64,000 nucleotides of DNA from the human T2T-CHM13v2.0 reference genome, Homo sapiens. The notes under the pieces were generated by a model that had not been told where the DNA came from, did not search any database, and saw only the letters and a program-made list of their open reading frames with translations. The stretch lies in the NCBI RefSeq assembly GCF_009914755.1, contig NC_060929.1; one strand, written 5' to 3'. Positions 22,291 through 35,097 of the stretch are shown piece after piece. Within the stretch, counting starts at the first letter, position 1; each line of letters opens with the position of its first letter. The translations under genes and the position numbers were made by a program.

Positions 22291-24537
22291 ACACTCCTCT
22301 GTCCTTTTCATTTTCATATTTGCAAGGGGTTAAACTTAGCCCTGCTTTGATGAGGGAATCAAAATAATGGGATTCCCCTGCAGAATCCTAACTCACCTTA
22401 AAACTGGCATGGCTTCTGTGATGTGCAAAATGCTGCTCCAAACGTAGTTAAGAAAAGAAAGCCTGGCAGCCAGAAATTAAAAAGCTAAAATAAAAGAGAT
22501 ACCATCTGAAAAGTCCCCACTGACCGAAAGAGCCAGGTAGTGGGTCTGCTGGGGTCGGAGGGGTTGTTGCTGGGAGGTGGCCGTGGCACTGCAGCAGCTC
22601 AGCTCTACTCTCTGATGGAAAAATGTCCTGCCAGTCAATGGAATTACTGGAGATGGTTCTGAGGGATAAAGGGAGATAAGTGAGCCGGATAAAAAAGCTG
22701 GCAGAAAATTGAACAAAACCAGAAGAAGATGAGATGGGCTAAAAAAAGCAGTTCAGGGAACCTGGGTAAGAGAAGCCTGCGTTCCTTAGCCTGTATTCAC
22801 TGAGGAGGGAGAGAAGAGGTGCAGTCTACACAACTGGCTGGAGGGGAAGGGTTGGTCTGAGACATGGGCCTGGGAGTGGCAGTTTCACTCCCTCCTCTGA
22901 GTCCTCTGCACATCGTGGCTGTACAGTAGGATGATTTACTCACCTGACGATCTCCTCCACTGGGCTGTGAACCCTTGCAGGGAAGAACTACCATGTTGAG
23001 CTTTTGTGTCCAGCATCTGGTAGGGTGCCCTGGGCATATCCATGCTAGCAAGCTGGCATCATGGGATTGTGCGAAGCAATGCCTACCAAATTTCCGTTTA
23101 ATACGTTACAGTTTTCAAGGCTTTGAGATATTTTGAACGTGAAATAATAAATGCTACTACATACCAAGTATTCCCTGACTTAAGTCAGGGCAGGAGCATG
23201 GAGCTAGATTTGGGAAATAATTCTGTCCCATGAATCTGCAGGTGAAACATAGATATGGGACAATTACCCTGTAACCCAGGCCAGGGTGATTTTTTAAATA
23301 CCCAAATTTCTGGGAAATGGCTTCATTCTCTGCTTTAGTCTCAGGGGAGAATGGTTTGACTGTTGGTTTCTGAATCAGATATGGGCTGTACCATCCTGCT
23401 TTCCCATGGACAGAAACAGCCTGCTCTCTGGGTTCACCTTCTGAAGCCTGCAATAGAGAAAGGTAATAATGAGTCTCTTTTCTGTACCTGCCTCCCTACT
23501 CTCTTCCTCTGTCTTTTACCTTCTCCAGCCTCATCCATACATGAATGCCTGTAACCAAGACAGCAGCTTCCTGAGTGCCTCCAATTTCCCCAGCCTTTTG
23601 GGACCACCTTCCAGCTGACAGTGCAATAGAATGGCTTGAATCTTTTTCTTGGGAAGCCTAGTATTCCCCTAATATCTCCAAGAATTATGGATGTCTTTTG
23701 TTGCTTCTCTAGCTCCAAGTCCCTGCTTTTAGTGAATTCTTTCTTTATCTTTTCTCATTGTCTTTCCTCCTGTGTATACCGTCCGTTTCTGCACATCATC
23801 TCCCCTACAGGGGCACAGCCCCTTCCTTCTCCTTTAATTCCCAGGACAACCATACACAAAAAGCCATGACACCTGGCCGAATTTTGGGGTACTGACTTTA
23901 CTGAGTACCATTGATTACATTGTCGTATCATAATAACAAATGGTTTTCACAAAGTCAGAGAAAAAAAACCAGATATTATTGGAGCTTCCTCATTTTCATT
24001 AGCTCTACTAACCATCATGTTGTTTTGGGTCTTCCAATTTCTTTCCTTCTTCACATCTCTTTTTCCCTTCCCTGAGTTGCTTTATTCCTCCCTTGCAGAT
24101 TGCCTTTGGAAGCAGACTCAGGAGAAGGACGGGGAGGAGCTGAACTGAGCCAACCCCAGTTATTCTTCTGAAATTTGCCAATCATGGGGTACATTTGCGA
24201 AAAATAACTCCCAAGAAGAGGGATAAAAACCAGGGTGGAGAGAGGCCAGGAAAATTCTTCACTGGGAAACTATTCAAAACCTGTTGAAATGTGTTAGTTT
24301 CTCATTGTCTATTCTCAGCCCAGCCTGACAAGCTTTCATATCTAAATGTAAAATAGCCAAAAGGAGACTCTGTGATTTCCAGTGCTTCACTGCTCAGATA
24401 GTTTCATAAAGTGGATTCCTTCCGCACTTTAGCTGCCACTATCACTCTTTAGATGTTAAGTGTCACATGCCAGCCAGCAGGCAGCTCAAACCGTCACTGT
24501 TGGCTTCTGTTTTCATTTATTTCATGACAGCTGTCAT

Positions 24538-24870
24538 TTAAAATCAACATTTATTGAGCACCTAATAATAGGTCTGGGGTAGGAATGGTGGAATATACAA
24601 ATTTGATTAAGACATGCTCCAAGCCCTCAAGGGAGTCATGCTCTAGCAGAAAATAAACATAAGGTTGTGTTATGTCCTCTAAAGGGCTTTTGAAAAGATT
24701 ACTGTATACTACCTGTGAAGTAGGGAAGGCAAATGATGACCTGACTTGAAGAATGACACAACAGAAACTCAGAGCTATGAAGTCACTGGTCCAGACTTTC
24801 ACAGCAAAGAAATGATAGAACCAGAACTAGGACCTGTGGTTTTTGACTCCTGATCTACTCTCCTTCCTTG
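24538..24870 (-). mobile_element. L2 3' end followed by MIR fragment
   Basis: 'caacatttattgagcacctaata...gccctcaagggag' (L2), then 'atgaagtcactggtccagactttcacagcaa...tgactcc' (MIR). Confidence 0.6.
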
Positions 24871-26179
24871 TATCATAGGCCCACGTTGGGTATATCACAT
24901 TACCAGAAAGAGAAAAGAATGTTCCGAACGTTATTGGATTCCACATATGGAAGAAACTTACCAGCTCTTGGGAAAAAGAATATGTTGTGGCAGGCAGTAG
25001 CTTTCCTCTTTATCTTTTTTCTTAAGAGCTGGTGTCCAAATCCATCAGCCTCAATAAACCATATTGGGATGATTTTCAGGAGAATTGTACTTCAAGGGAT
25101 GTTTAGCTTTTTCATGTTAGCTAGGTATAAATTCTTGTTTTATGAAAGTTGTTATCCTATTTATGGGTAGATTTCTAAGCAAATATTACTTATGAGAGCT
25201 GAATAAAAAATTGTTGACACCCCAGAGTTCAATAAACACTTACTGAAGGTACATAATTAGGCAAATTATATGATAAAGTCTATTTTGATATAATTTACTA
25301 TTTCTTAAAGCTTATTTATCTTCTACTCGTTAAAGAAAACACAGTGAGGAAGTTGTGAACCATGAGTGTACAAAGTCTGTGAGGTGGTGAAGTCCTAGAA
25401 AACAGAGAGGCAGAGCAGACACTAAATCTATTTTCAACATCATCCGAATCAGATTTTCATAGTGAACTGTCATTTTCTTTATGCAAGGCTTTATACATTC
25501 CAGAACTGCTGTCAGCCATATTGAAATGTATGCGGACTCTCTCCAGAAACACAAAGCAGAGAAAGGAAGCAAACCTTCATGGCATTACTGAGCTGCTGAA
25601 CAAACAGCTCTGGAAGACTGCCTTTTTCTGACTTGCTTCCTTATTGTTGGGTCAGGTTGATTTGAGGTTTTTGCATACTTGTAAAACAAAACACCAAAAC
25701 AAAACAAAACACATTTCCCATTTTAATTGTCTCTTTTACTTTACTCTTTCATTAGCACAAATAAGTGAGAGTTGGACTATTCTGAGATTTCTGTCTCTGA
25801 TAGTGTCAAAGTTCTTCTGTAGGACTGTACACAGATGATCCAAACATGCGTAGGTCTTTTCCTTGCTGTGATCACAGAAAAATCTATGAAGATTGTGTGT
25901 GTGTTAGTTTGTGGGAAAAAAGTCATGGTGATTGATGTAAATTAATCAGCCCCTAGCATGGTTCCTGGCATGGATGCTTGATAGTACTTATTGACTATAG
26001 ATAAGTATTTATTGACTACTGGGCTATAGACCTCTGATAAATGTAGAATAAATTATTATCTCTCTCTTGAAACTATCACTATGATATTAAACACTTGTCT
26101 GCATATGGCTTGTGTGGTTTAAATATGTCTTGTCATATTACTCAGTATTATTTGATAAATAATAGGATTGTTGTTTGAG

Positions 26180-26945
26180 AAGAATAATAATCGTTACCAT
26201 TTATTATTTTGTAGGTGTTAGGATCTGTGCTAAGTATTTTGTATATGTTGCTTCATTTCATCTTATTAGAATTCTATAAGGTAGGGATTATTATCCTCAT
26301 CTTAAAAATGAGGAAATCGAGGCTTTCTTTTGGTGGAAAAGTTCTTAACATAATACATTCAAATGTACCAGTCTTTTTGTTTGTAATCAATCCTGTAAGT
26401 GTCTTCTTTAAGAAATCTTTCTCTACCTTAAGGTCTAAAATATATCCACCTTAATTTTCTTCTAAAAGTTTCAATTTTTTTTGACATGTAAGACTTTAAT
26501 TCATCTGGGGTTGACTTTAACATGTGGGACCTTTGATCTTATTCCATACAGACAATTATTTTATTTCCAACTCTATTTAGTTAAGAGTTTCTCCTTTCTC
26601 TTCTGACGTATCTTGCCAGCTCTGACATACTCAGTGATCCACATGTGCATCCACACAATGAGATATTCTACAGCAGGTCAAAGCAGCCTACATGCAGCGA
26701 TATGAATGAATCCGTGCAATATGTGATGGACTAACGAGGAGAGCGTGTCAAGAACCAAGAAATGTGATGAGTTGAATTCTGTCCATCTGAGGTCCTAGGG
26801 GAGAAAACACAACCCGAGGTTAAAACAAGTTAAATGATTTGCCCAGGCTCACTTGGCCGGGAAAGCGGTAGAACTTCAAAACTGTAAAACCAGTTCATCT
26901 GAGTCCAAACGCCAAGGTTTTCCATCCGACAGTGCAGCACAGTCC
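26180..26945 (-). mobile_element. MIR interrupted by old L1M fragments
   Basis: MIR part 26180-26323 ('attatcctcatcttaaaaatgaggaaatcgaggc'); L1 ORF2-like 'tttaagaaatctttctctacc...tttaattcatctgg'; MIR resumes 'gttaaatgatttgcccaggctcac' near 26830. Confidence 0.6.
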
Positions 26946-27139
26946 ATTTTATAACCTTCCTTGAAGAGGTAACATCTATATTTCCTACTGATAAACAGAA
27001 TACCATGCAGAGTTAGAAGGCTCTAGAAGGTGCCTCCCTCTTGGATCCCTGAGGTCCTCGATCCATTAGCTATCTCCTCTCTCCCCTGTGTCTCCCACCC
27101 TCATCTCTTCTAGGCTCCTTTCCACTAATGGACATGCTT

Positions 27140-27402
27140 GAATTCTTGATTATGCTTGCATATACTTGCATCTTTGCATATAGTTGCGTCTTGAAGAAAG
27201 AAGAACAAACCCTCCTTTGACTGCTTCCCCCTCCCCTCTCAGCACTTGGTATATCTTGTCACAGTTTCACTTGCTTATCCCCCTGTTACACAGAAGCCCT
27301 GCAGTGCAGGGTCAGCTTTCTTGTTCACTGTTGTACGTACTACCTAACATAGGACTGGCCTGTAATAGGCTTTTAATAAATATTTGTCTAATTAATGAAT
27401 AC
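27140..27402 (+). mobile_element. L2 3' fragment
   Basis: 'tcttgttcactgttgta...cctaacataggactggcctgtaataggcttttaataaatatttgtctaattaatgaat'. Confidence 0.65.
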
Positions 27403-28412
27403 AGGTGGTATATTTACATGTTTCAAATCCCCTATTTCTAGTTTTGCCTCATCCTAGACTCTCGAAAGAGTCCTGTTCTGGGGTGAGGGAATGTGAAATT
27501 GTTCTAGATGAGGAACTGATGATTTAGTAAGCCAGCATTGTGGTCTGGCACACTGCTACCACATCTTCCAGTTCCAGTAACCAGGTTCTTGCTTCATTCC
27601 TGGTTAATAAACTTCTACCTCTTAGTTCAGTGCCAGTAAATAGATCCCTGCTCAGTACCTCTGGCAGCCCAAAGACATGGTCCTGCAATGAGCCTTAGTC
27701 TTCTTGACTGAGTCCCTGACACCCTCACTACATGCCCCAACACAGTTTTTCCTCCAGCCTGCAACCCATGTACTTCTCCCCAACAGACCAACTTCATTCT
27801 GCTTTGTGCCTCTTGCAGGGGCCTTCCAGAGAGCTGCCATATCTTATACACCTCCACAAGCCATCTGCTCACTTTTCTTCATGCAAGTGCCCATTGTAAC
27901 ATATTGCTGAGCCCCAGAAGAATCCAGCCACCATCCAGGAGGTCCTTAGGATCATTTCAGGCAGAACCACTGAGCCCCAGATTCTTGCTGTCCATGAAGG
28001 ATGGGAAGGTTTTATGGGGAGTGGGAGGAATGGGACAGGAAGGCAGAGGAGAAGGCAGGAGAGCCCCAGGAAACTGGTAGTGGTCACAGTCTTGCTGTAG
28101 GTCCCACACCCTGTCTGAGGAAGAGACTCTATCACAGTGGGAGTGGGTGGCCCAAGCTGAGGAGGAAGCATATGTTATTTGTGTTCTATTTCTAATACCT
28201 ACCACAGAGCCTGACATAAACAGGTAGTCAGCAGATGTTAGTGGAATGGCAGGAACATATTCAGTGCAGGCTGTATCCCTAACACCCTATGTGACTTTGG
28301 ACTAATCAATTCACCCTGAGCCTCAATTCTCCCATCTGTTAACTATGGATCGTCATGACTCTCATGTCATTTCAAGGGTGAAATAATTTAATGCACTTGG
28401 GAATGTGATATC

Positions 28413-28655
28413 GATAGCCTCCAATATTTTTTCAGCATGTTGTCCTATCAGTAGGTGGTTTTAAATATATGTACTCCAATGTAAGTATGTTTATATATTT
28501 TAAAATTACCTATTCATTCTATTATATATTTACATAACACATATTTTTAAAGGATTAGGCAAAAATAAATAGAAGTTCTAATGTATTCTTCTTATAACCC
28601 AGTGAATAATCTTGTGCACCCCGGGGTTGCATTTATCTTACTCTGGAGATGATGA
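28413..28655 (+). mobile_element. MER112-like hAT-Charlie MITE
   Basis: 'aaataaatagaagttctaatgtattcttc...tcttgtgcaccccggggttgc...actctggaga'. Confidence 0.6.
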
Positions 28656-28679
28656 CTTTAAAGTCTGATATACACAGAA

Positions 28680-29920
28680 GTGGGAAGACAAAATATGAAA
28701 CTGTTTTTACTCACAGCACTTCTGACTCTGAATGCATGGTCTTTTCCAATGCCACTTCAACTCTCAGACACAAGCTGGGTGTCCTAAAACTCAATTCAGT
28801 TTTGGCATTGTCTACCTAGAGTCATCATCAGATCCCACAAATTAAGGATTTAGTCCCACAAGACTGTCCCCACTTTCAGATGCCAGTCACAAGTCTCAGG
28901 TTGTCACTGGCACTTCTGACCAATTGGCTGTAAATTCAGAGGGTTCCCACAATACACTCTGCAGGTTCAATAATTTGCTAGAATGACTCACAGAACTCAG
29001 GAAAGCACTTCACTTAGTATTAATGGCTTATTATAAAGGATAGGATGCATGAACAGCCAAATGGAAGAGAGGCATAGGCCAAGGTATGGGGGAGGGCGCG
29101 GGCCTTCCATGCCTTCTCCAGGTGTGCCACCCTCCCAGCACCTCCTTGTGTTCACCAAATCCAAAGATCTCCAAACCCATTTGTTTAGAGGGTTTGTTTT
29201 TTTTTTTTAAATGGAGGCATGATTGATTAAATCATTGGCCATTGATGATTGAATCCAACTCTCTTAGTCCATTCTCATGCAGCCATAAAGGACTGTCCCA
29301 GACTGGATAATTTATAAAGGAAAGAGTTTTAATTGACTCACAGTTCTGCATGGCTGGTAGGCCTCAGGAAACATACAATCATGGTGGAAGGGGAAGCAAA
29401 CATGTCTTTCTTCATATGATGGTAGGAAGAAGTGCAGACCAAAACGGGGAGAAGCACCTTATAAAACCATCAGATCTCATGAGAACTCACTCATTATCAT
29501 GAAAAGAGCAGTATGGGGGTAACTGCCCTCATGATTCAATTAGTTCCCACCGGGTCACTGCCACGAGACATGGCGATTATGGGAACTACAATTCAAGATG
29601 AGATTGGGTGGGGGAGAGAGCCAAACCATATCACCAATCTCCAGCCCTGTCCCTTCTCCTAAGGTCCCCAGGTAGGACTGATAGTTTCAACTGTCTAATC
29701 CCATGGTTGATTGCTCTGGCAACCAGCCTTCATCCTGAAGCTATTTAGGAGCCCACCAAGAGTCACCTCATTAGCATAAACTCAGGTACGGTTGAGAGGG
29801 GCTTGTTATGAATAACAAAAGATGTTCCTATTACCCCATCACTAGGAAATTCAGGGTTTCAGAACCTCTGTGTCAGGAACCTGGGACAAAGACCAAATAT
29901 ACATTTCTTATTGTATCACA
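28680..29920 (-). mobile_element. MER21-family ERVL LTR, interrupted by THE1C
   Basis: 'agtcccacaagactgtccccactttcagatgccagtcacaag', 'ctcacagaactcaggaaagcac', 'agtcacctcattagcataaactcagg', ending 'tttcttattgtatcaca'. Confidence 0.88.
29260..29633 (-). mobile_element. THE1C solo LTR inserted in MER21
   Basis: 'ttagtccattctcatgc...gggaactacaattcaagatgagatt...gccaaaccatatca'. TSD ccaac/ccaat. Confidence 0.92.
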
Positions 29921-30440
29921 GATGTCTATGGATTGCTGCTCATATTAGCATTTTAGTGGCAAAAATGTAATGCCACTAAAGTATTGCTCACTGATATTTG
30001 TCTGATCAATAAAGTACATTGTATCAATGGTAAAAATATACACCACTCCCTCCACCCCATAGGATTCAGTAAAGTTACTTTCATATTCAATTTTAAAATG
30101 CTGATCATAAACGTTTATGTTTTTCCTGAGTTGGCTCTCAGCCAGAAAGGGTGGCTCACCACCAGTTTAATGTCACTAGTAGCCACATGTGTTTCCTGGA
30201 AATGTAAATTCTTGCACTTATTAAAGCAAAATTCTCCTTAGGGTACTATAAACAGATGTTGTGGAGGCATTACCCACATCAGCAGAGAAAACTTCCCTCT
30301 TCTTGCTCCATCAAAGAAGTCACATTGGCGATAAGCTGGGGTTCATTTATTCCTTCACTTAAAAAATACTTATGAGTGCAAGGCACTGGGATAGTCCCTG
30401 GAAATAAGAGATTAAACAGGAGCGATATGGTCTTTACCCT

Positions 30441-30834
30441 TGTTAAAAGAAAAATCTTCAGATAAATTTAACAGAGTTTAATTGAGCAAAGAGTGATTGT
30501 GAATCGGGCATCCCCGAACCAGAACAGGTTCAGAGACATTCTGGCATTGCCACGTGGTTGAAGAAGAGTTATAAACAGAAAAAGGAAAGTGACATCTGGA
30601 AAACAGAAATGAGGTACAGTAACACTAAATTAGTTACAGCTTGGTGTTTGCGTATTTGAACATGATTTAAACAGTTGGCCATCTTTGATTAGCCAAAACT
30701 AGGTGATTGGTACAAGAGTAGGTTACAGCCTGTTTACACATCCAGCTGGGTTGCACTTCACTATGTAGGGAGAAACCTTTAGTCTGAAATTAAAATATAT
30801 AAGGAGGAAGCTTTAGGTTAAACTTAATTTAACA
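30441..30834 (-). mobile_element. MER57 (ERV1) solo LTR, MER57A/B-like
   Basis: Reverse strand begins 'tgttaaattaagtttaacctaaagcttcctcctta' and ends 'tttttcttttaaca'. Confidence 0.88.
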
Positions 30835-31143
30835 CCTTCACGGACTTTACATACTGAGGTGAAAGACAACAACATACAAATGAGACAATTACAGATAGGG
30901 TTAGTCTATGAAGGAAACACTCTCAGTGCTGAGATAGTGAACTGTGGGGGTAGGCATGGAATTGCCTGATGGTCAAGGAAAGCTTCTCTGAAGAGGTGAC
31001 ATTTCAGCCCGATCTGAAGGATGGGAAGCCTTATGAGGAGTATGTAATCAGGCCCTGGGACAGAGTGTTGGAAAGCATGAGGTGGGAAAGGGAAAGATTG
31101 GAGAGTGGTAAGCTAAAGGGAGAGGGGCACAATGCACAGTTGA

Positions 31144-31642
31144 AGAGGAAGATAGAGACCATCCTTGCAGGAAGGCAGAGATCATCCATGCAGGAAGGCA
31201 GGGACCATCCATGCAGGAAGGCAGAGACCATCCAGGCAGGAAAGTAGAGATCATCCAGGCAGGAAGGTAGAGATTATCTGTGCAGGAAGTTAGAGATCAT
31301 CTATGCAGGAAGGTAGAGGCCATCCAGGCAAGAAGGCAGAGACCATATGATGCAGGAAGGCAGACAATCCACGCAGGAAGGCAGACACCATCCATTCAGG
31401 AAGGTAGAGACCATCCAGGCAGGAGGTAGAGACCATTCATGCAGGAAGGCAGAGACCATCCAGGCACAAAAGCATAGATCATCCATGCAGGATGGCAGAG
31501 ACCATCCATGCAGGAAGCCAAAGACTATATGATGCAGGAAGGCAGAGACCATCGAGGCACAAAAGCAGAGACCATCCAGGCAGGAAGGCAGAGATTGTCC
31601 ATGTAGGAAGGTAGAGACCATTCATGCAGGAAGGTAGAGATC
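31144..31642. repeat. 23-bp minisatellite, about 21-22 copies, consensus GCAGGAAGG(C/T)AGAGACCATCCA(T/G)
   Basis: Tandem units read directly from the sequence. Confidence 0.97.
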
Positions 31643-33436
31643 TTATCATGGTTTACCTTGTTAAGTCATGGTAAGGAATTGTGATTTTTAAGTACAATAA
31701 GAGATCATTAAAATGCAGGGAAGGACACTGTTTAGGGAAAATGCTATGAATAATGGGTTGCAAGCCTGGAATTGGGATGGGCGGTTTAGTTGGTATAATG
31801 CATGTGAATCACACTGCAAGTATGCAGCAGAAATGTAACTCAGAATCTTTTCTCTAAAAATTTAGCTTCCCCATTCTTCTGGGTAGTAGAAACTTTATCT
31901 AGAGTTCAGCTTGTATAGATTCTAGACAATTGAAGACAAATGCAGTCACTTCAGTGTTTATCATTTTAGGGCTTCACTGTTCCTCCTTCTCCTCTATTCC
32001 CGAGGGCTAGTTTTGGGGTTTATTTACATACCCTCAGGGCCCTGGGGAGCTGGATTCTGCTCCATGGACAGCGTCAGGAAGCCCAGCAGCTTCCCTGAGA
32101 TGAGGTGTCTGTTGGATTTTTATCATATTTTCTTCCTCTTGCCAGGTTCTTGCAAATCAATAGACCCTAGATTATTGAGACTACCAACTCTGTTATGAAT
32201 TTAAAACCGTCTGCTAAGAAACTCAATTGAATTTTGTCTTTTCTCTGCACTGAGGTAGGTACAAATGGAGGTCACTATGGGACAAACCGCAACAAGAAAA
32301 AAACATTGCAAATGATTCCAAGTGTTATCTCTACATTTTTTTTTCCTGGTGAAGCTTTGAATATTTTCTTATGCTATCTCCCAGTCAACTGCTCACTTCC
32401 CACCTCATTGTCTGGCAGCAGGGAGCTGGGGCAGAAAAATAGCAAATCTATTCTTTTTGTGGATCCGTTCTTTTCACGGACATGTTCGTGAGGCATCCAT
32501 TGCATCAGGGAAGATTAGGACATCATAGCAGGGAATGCAAAGAGAAAGGAGCTTCTTTGTTCTGCTTTGAAGTATTCAAATAAGATCTTAAATATCAAAA
32601 CAATAGCAACGTCTTGAGAGAAAAAGATGCTCTGAACCTCTACGAGCTAAGGCCCTGGACTAAACAGTAGGCAAAGAAGATGGGTCAGCATAAGCTTTCT
32701 CCACCCCTAGAGAGCAGGTAAGGATTTCCCAGGCTACAAGGGCAGAGGCGAAGGGATGAGTGGTGCCCAGGCCCCCATCGCAGAAAGTGGAGAGTTGTTG
32801 CTTCCAGAAAAGAGCGAGGGAAGGATCAAAGAGTGAGGCCTGGTTTTCTGTCAGGGGAAATAGTATTCCCCATTCCCCCGTGTGCACCCCTCACACCTTG
32901 AAGTACTAGGGGGTGGGGAAAGACAGAACCCAGATGAAGAACGGAGGTCCTCAGGTCAGAGTTAGGTTTCAGTTACAGCTGGGAGACAGGGAGGCATTTA
33001 GTTAAAAGGGTGAGGGCTGGGGACTTTGCTTTTCCTGGAATGTGAGTTTCAGGAAAGCCTGGGTGTCAGTGTTGTATGAAGATCGGGTCAGGAGAAACGA
33101 AGTGCATGGTTGGTAGAGAATACAGATAATCAGAAGGACTTAGGTCTTGGCCAGGAACCAGGGAACAGGACTGGGAGGCTTCCTGGGCTTATGTGACCCC
33201 AAGGGTTCCACCTCCAGTCACCTGGGAAGGACCTGGGTCTCCAGAGGAGCCTGGTGACTCCTACCAGCAGCCTCCTGTGACTGAGGGGGCACGAACGAGC
33301 TTATGGGCTCTAAGATGAGAATAGCAGTCATGGGCAATGAGTACTTCCACATCCTTCAGAGCGCCTTGTGCTTTGCCTGGTCCCTACAAGGTACGCAGGA
33401 AATGGATAATGAGTGAACAAAAATGTGGCTTCCCAT

Positions 33437-33889
33437 TGAATTAGTTTGCTAGGGCTGCCATAACAAAGTACCCCAAACTGGGTGGCCTGAACAATAGAAA
33501 GTTATTGTCTCACATTTCTGGAGGCTGGACATCTGGGGTCAAGGTGTTGGAGGGTTGGTTCCTTCTGAGGGCTGTAAGGGAGACACTGTTCCCTGCCTCG
33601 CTGCTTAGCTTCTGCTAGGTGGCTGTCCCTTTGTGTTTGTTGGCTTGTAGGCACATCACTCCGCCCTCTGCCTTTCTGTTCAGTGCATTCTCTCTGTGTC
33701 TCCATCTTCACAAGGTCTCCTTAAAAGGTCTCCCACCATATTGGATTAGGAGCCCATCCTGCTCCTGTGAGACCTCGTCTTAACAAATTACATCTGCCAT
33801 GACCCTGTCTGATGGGTCATATTCTGAGAAAGTGTGGGTGAGGACTTCAGCACCTGAGTTTTTGCGGGGACACAATTTAACCTGTGACA
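33437..33889 (-). mobile_element. MLT1C-like MaLR solo LTR
   Basis: 'ttagtttgctagggctgccataacaaagtac...ggttggttccttctgagggctgt...ggggacacaatttaacctgtgaca'. Confidence 0.9.
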
Positions 33890-34649
33890 CTTGTCTCCAG
33901 CTCCTCTTCTGCTATATGGTCTGAGCATCATCATTTGAACTACTGATATCATGTATGGAGTTAGTTTCACACTTCTCATGTGGAGAAATGTAGCTTTTTA
34001 AGTTTTCCTTTAGCTTTACTAGATTTCTACCGCTAGTCACTATGGTAACTGGTACAGGAAGCCCAATCTAGTCATGCCCAGGTCAACTCAGTCCAATTCA
34101 GTAATTTCTCAGTCTATTTGTTAAGCTCAGTCACATTCAGGTATTTCTCACTCCCCCCGACTCCTTGGTGGGACAAGACTGTTCTTCCCTTTGTGGGGAT
34201 GTTGCAATGCAGTGGCACTGAGGAAGTGCTTGGGTTTATGGTCATTTGACCTGACATTCATGTTCTGTGTGCTGTCTGGTCTTGATCATCGGCTTCTCGT
34301 GAAGACCCCCCACCAGCATTTGCTGAAGCAGGTTGGGCCCACATCTTGGGACCACACTGCCATCCATAGCTGCATCTCACTCTTATGTCCGTAAGACTCC
34401 ACCAAGCTCTTTCCCTGGAGCATGGGAGGATTTGATTGCTGTCCCCACAACTGCCCGGATGTACAGGATCCTGGAAAGCTGCTCTCTGGCCCAGTGTTCT
34501 GGACCCTTCAAATGGCAATTGATCCTCTGTGGGTTTATCTGCAGGGCTTTCCAATGTCCCAGAGCTCCAGGTAGAAAGTCACCATCTGCCTCTTTTATTC
34601 CTGGATTTCCGGAAACATACTTGAGGGTTCAGCCATCTGTTCTCACAGG

Positions 34650-34785
34650 ATTCATTGTTTATGGACTATTATTTCTTAGTCTGCCTTTAGTGAGCTGTAA
34701 GCCTCCTGTTCACCTCTGTGTCCCCTGTACCCAGCACAGTGTCTGACACATTGAAAATGTTTAGTAAAAATATGTTGAATGAACG
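34650..34785 (+). mobile_element. L2 3'-end fragment
   Basis: 'cccagcacagtgtctgacacattg...aaatatgttgaatgaa'. Confidence 0.7.
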
Positions 34786-34850
34786 ATGCTGGAAAGCTAC
34801 CTTCTGGAGAGAATATGTGACATCTGCGGTGTATGCTATGTCTTAGACAT

Positions 34851-35097
34851 TACAGTGCAGTGGATAAATCATGGGCCCTGGAAGCAGAGTGGATCCTCAT
34901 TCAGATGCCAGCCCTGCCGTCTGCTAGCTGCACCACCTTGGGCAAGTGACTTGAGCTCTCTAGGCCTTAGCTTTCTCATAGGTGGGAAACGACTTCATAG
35001 GTTGGGATTGGGTGTAAATTAGATAATGTATATAAAGTACTTAGCATGCCTTCTGCTGCTTAAGTAAGCACACTGTAAAAGGAAGCTTTTATTATTA
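34851..35097 (+). mobile_element. MIR SINE, near full length
   Basis: 'acagtgcagtggataa...ctagctgcaccaccttgggcaagtgactt...ataatgtatataaagtacttagca'. Confidence 0.8.

Larger units (their letters stand above)
30340..31725 (-). mobile_element. L2 element interrupted by MER57 LTR and a minisatellite
   Basis: 'ggtcaaggaaagcttctctgaagaggtgacatttcagc' before the array; 'catggtaaggaattgtgatttt' after it. Confidence 0.7.

Noticed and set aside
31031-31621. Repetitive peptides such as WSLPSC / GRDHPCRK, and a possible CRISPR-like array
   Set aside because: These are translations of the 23-bp minisatellite; the units are directly adjacent with no unique spacers.
32640-33330. Purine/G-rich segment resembling an old Gypsy-type LTR
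   Set aside because: No termini, TSD or diagnostic motif that I could confirm.
34333-34746. 137-aa plus-strand ORF
   Set aside because: Non-ATG start, no domain similarity, and its 3' part runs into an L2 tail.
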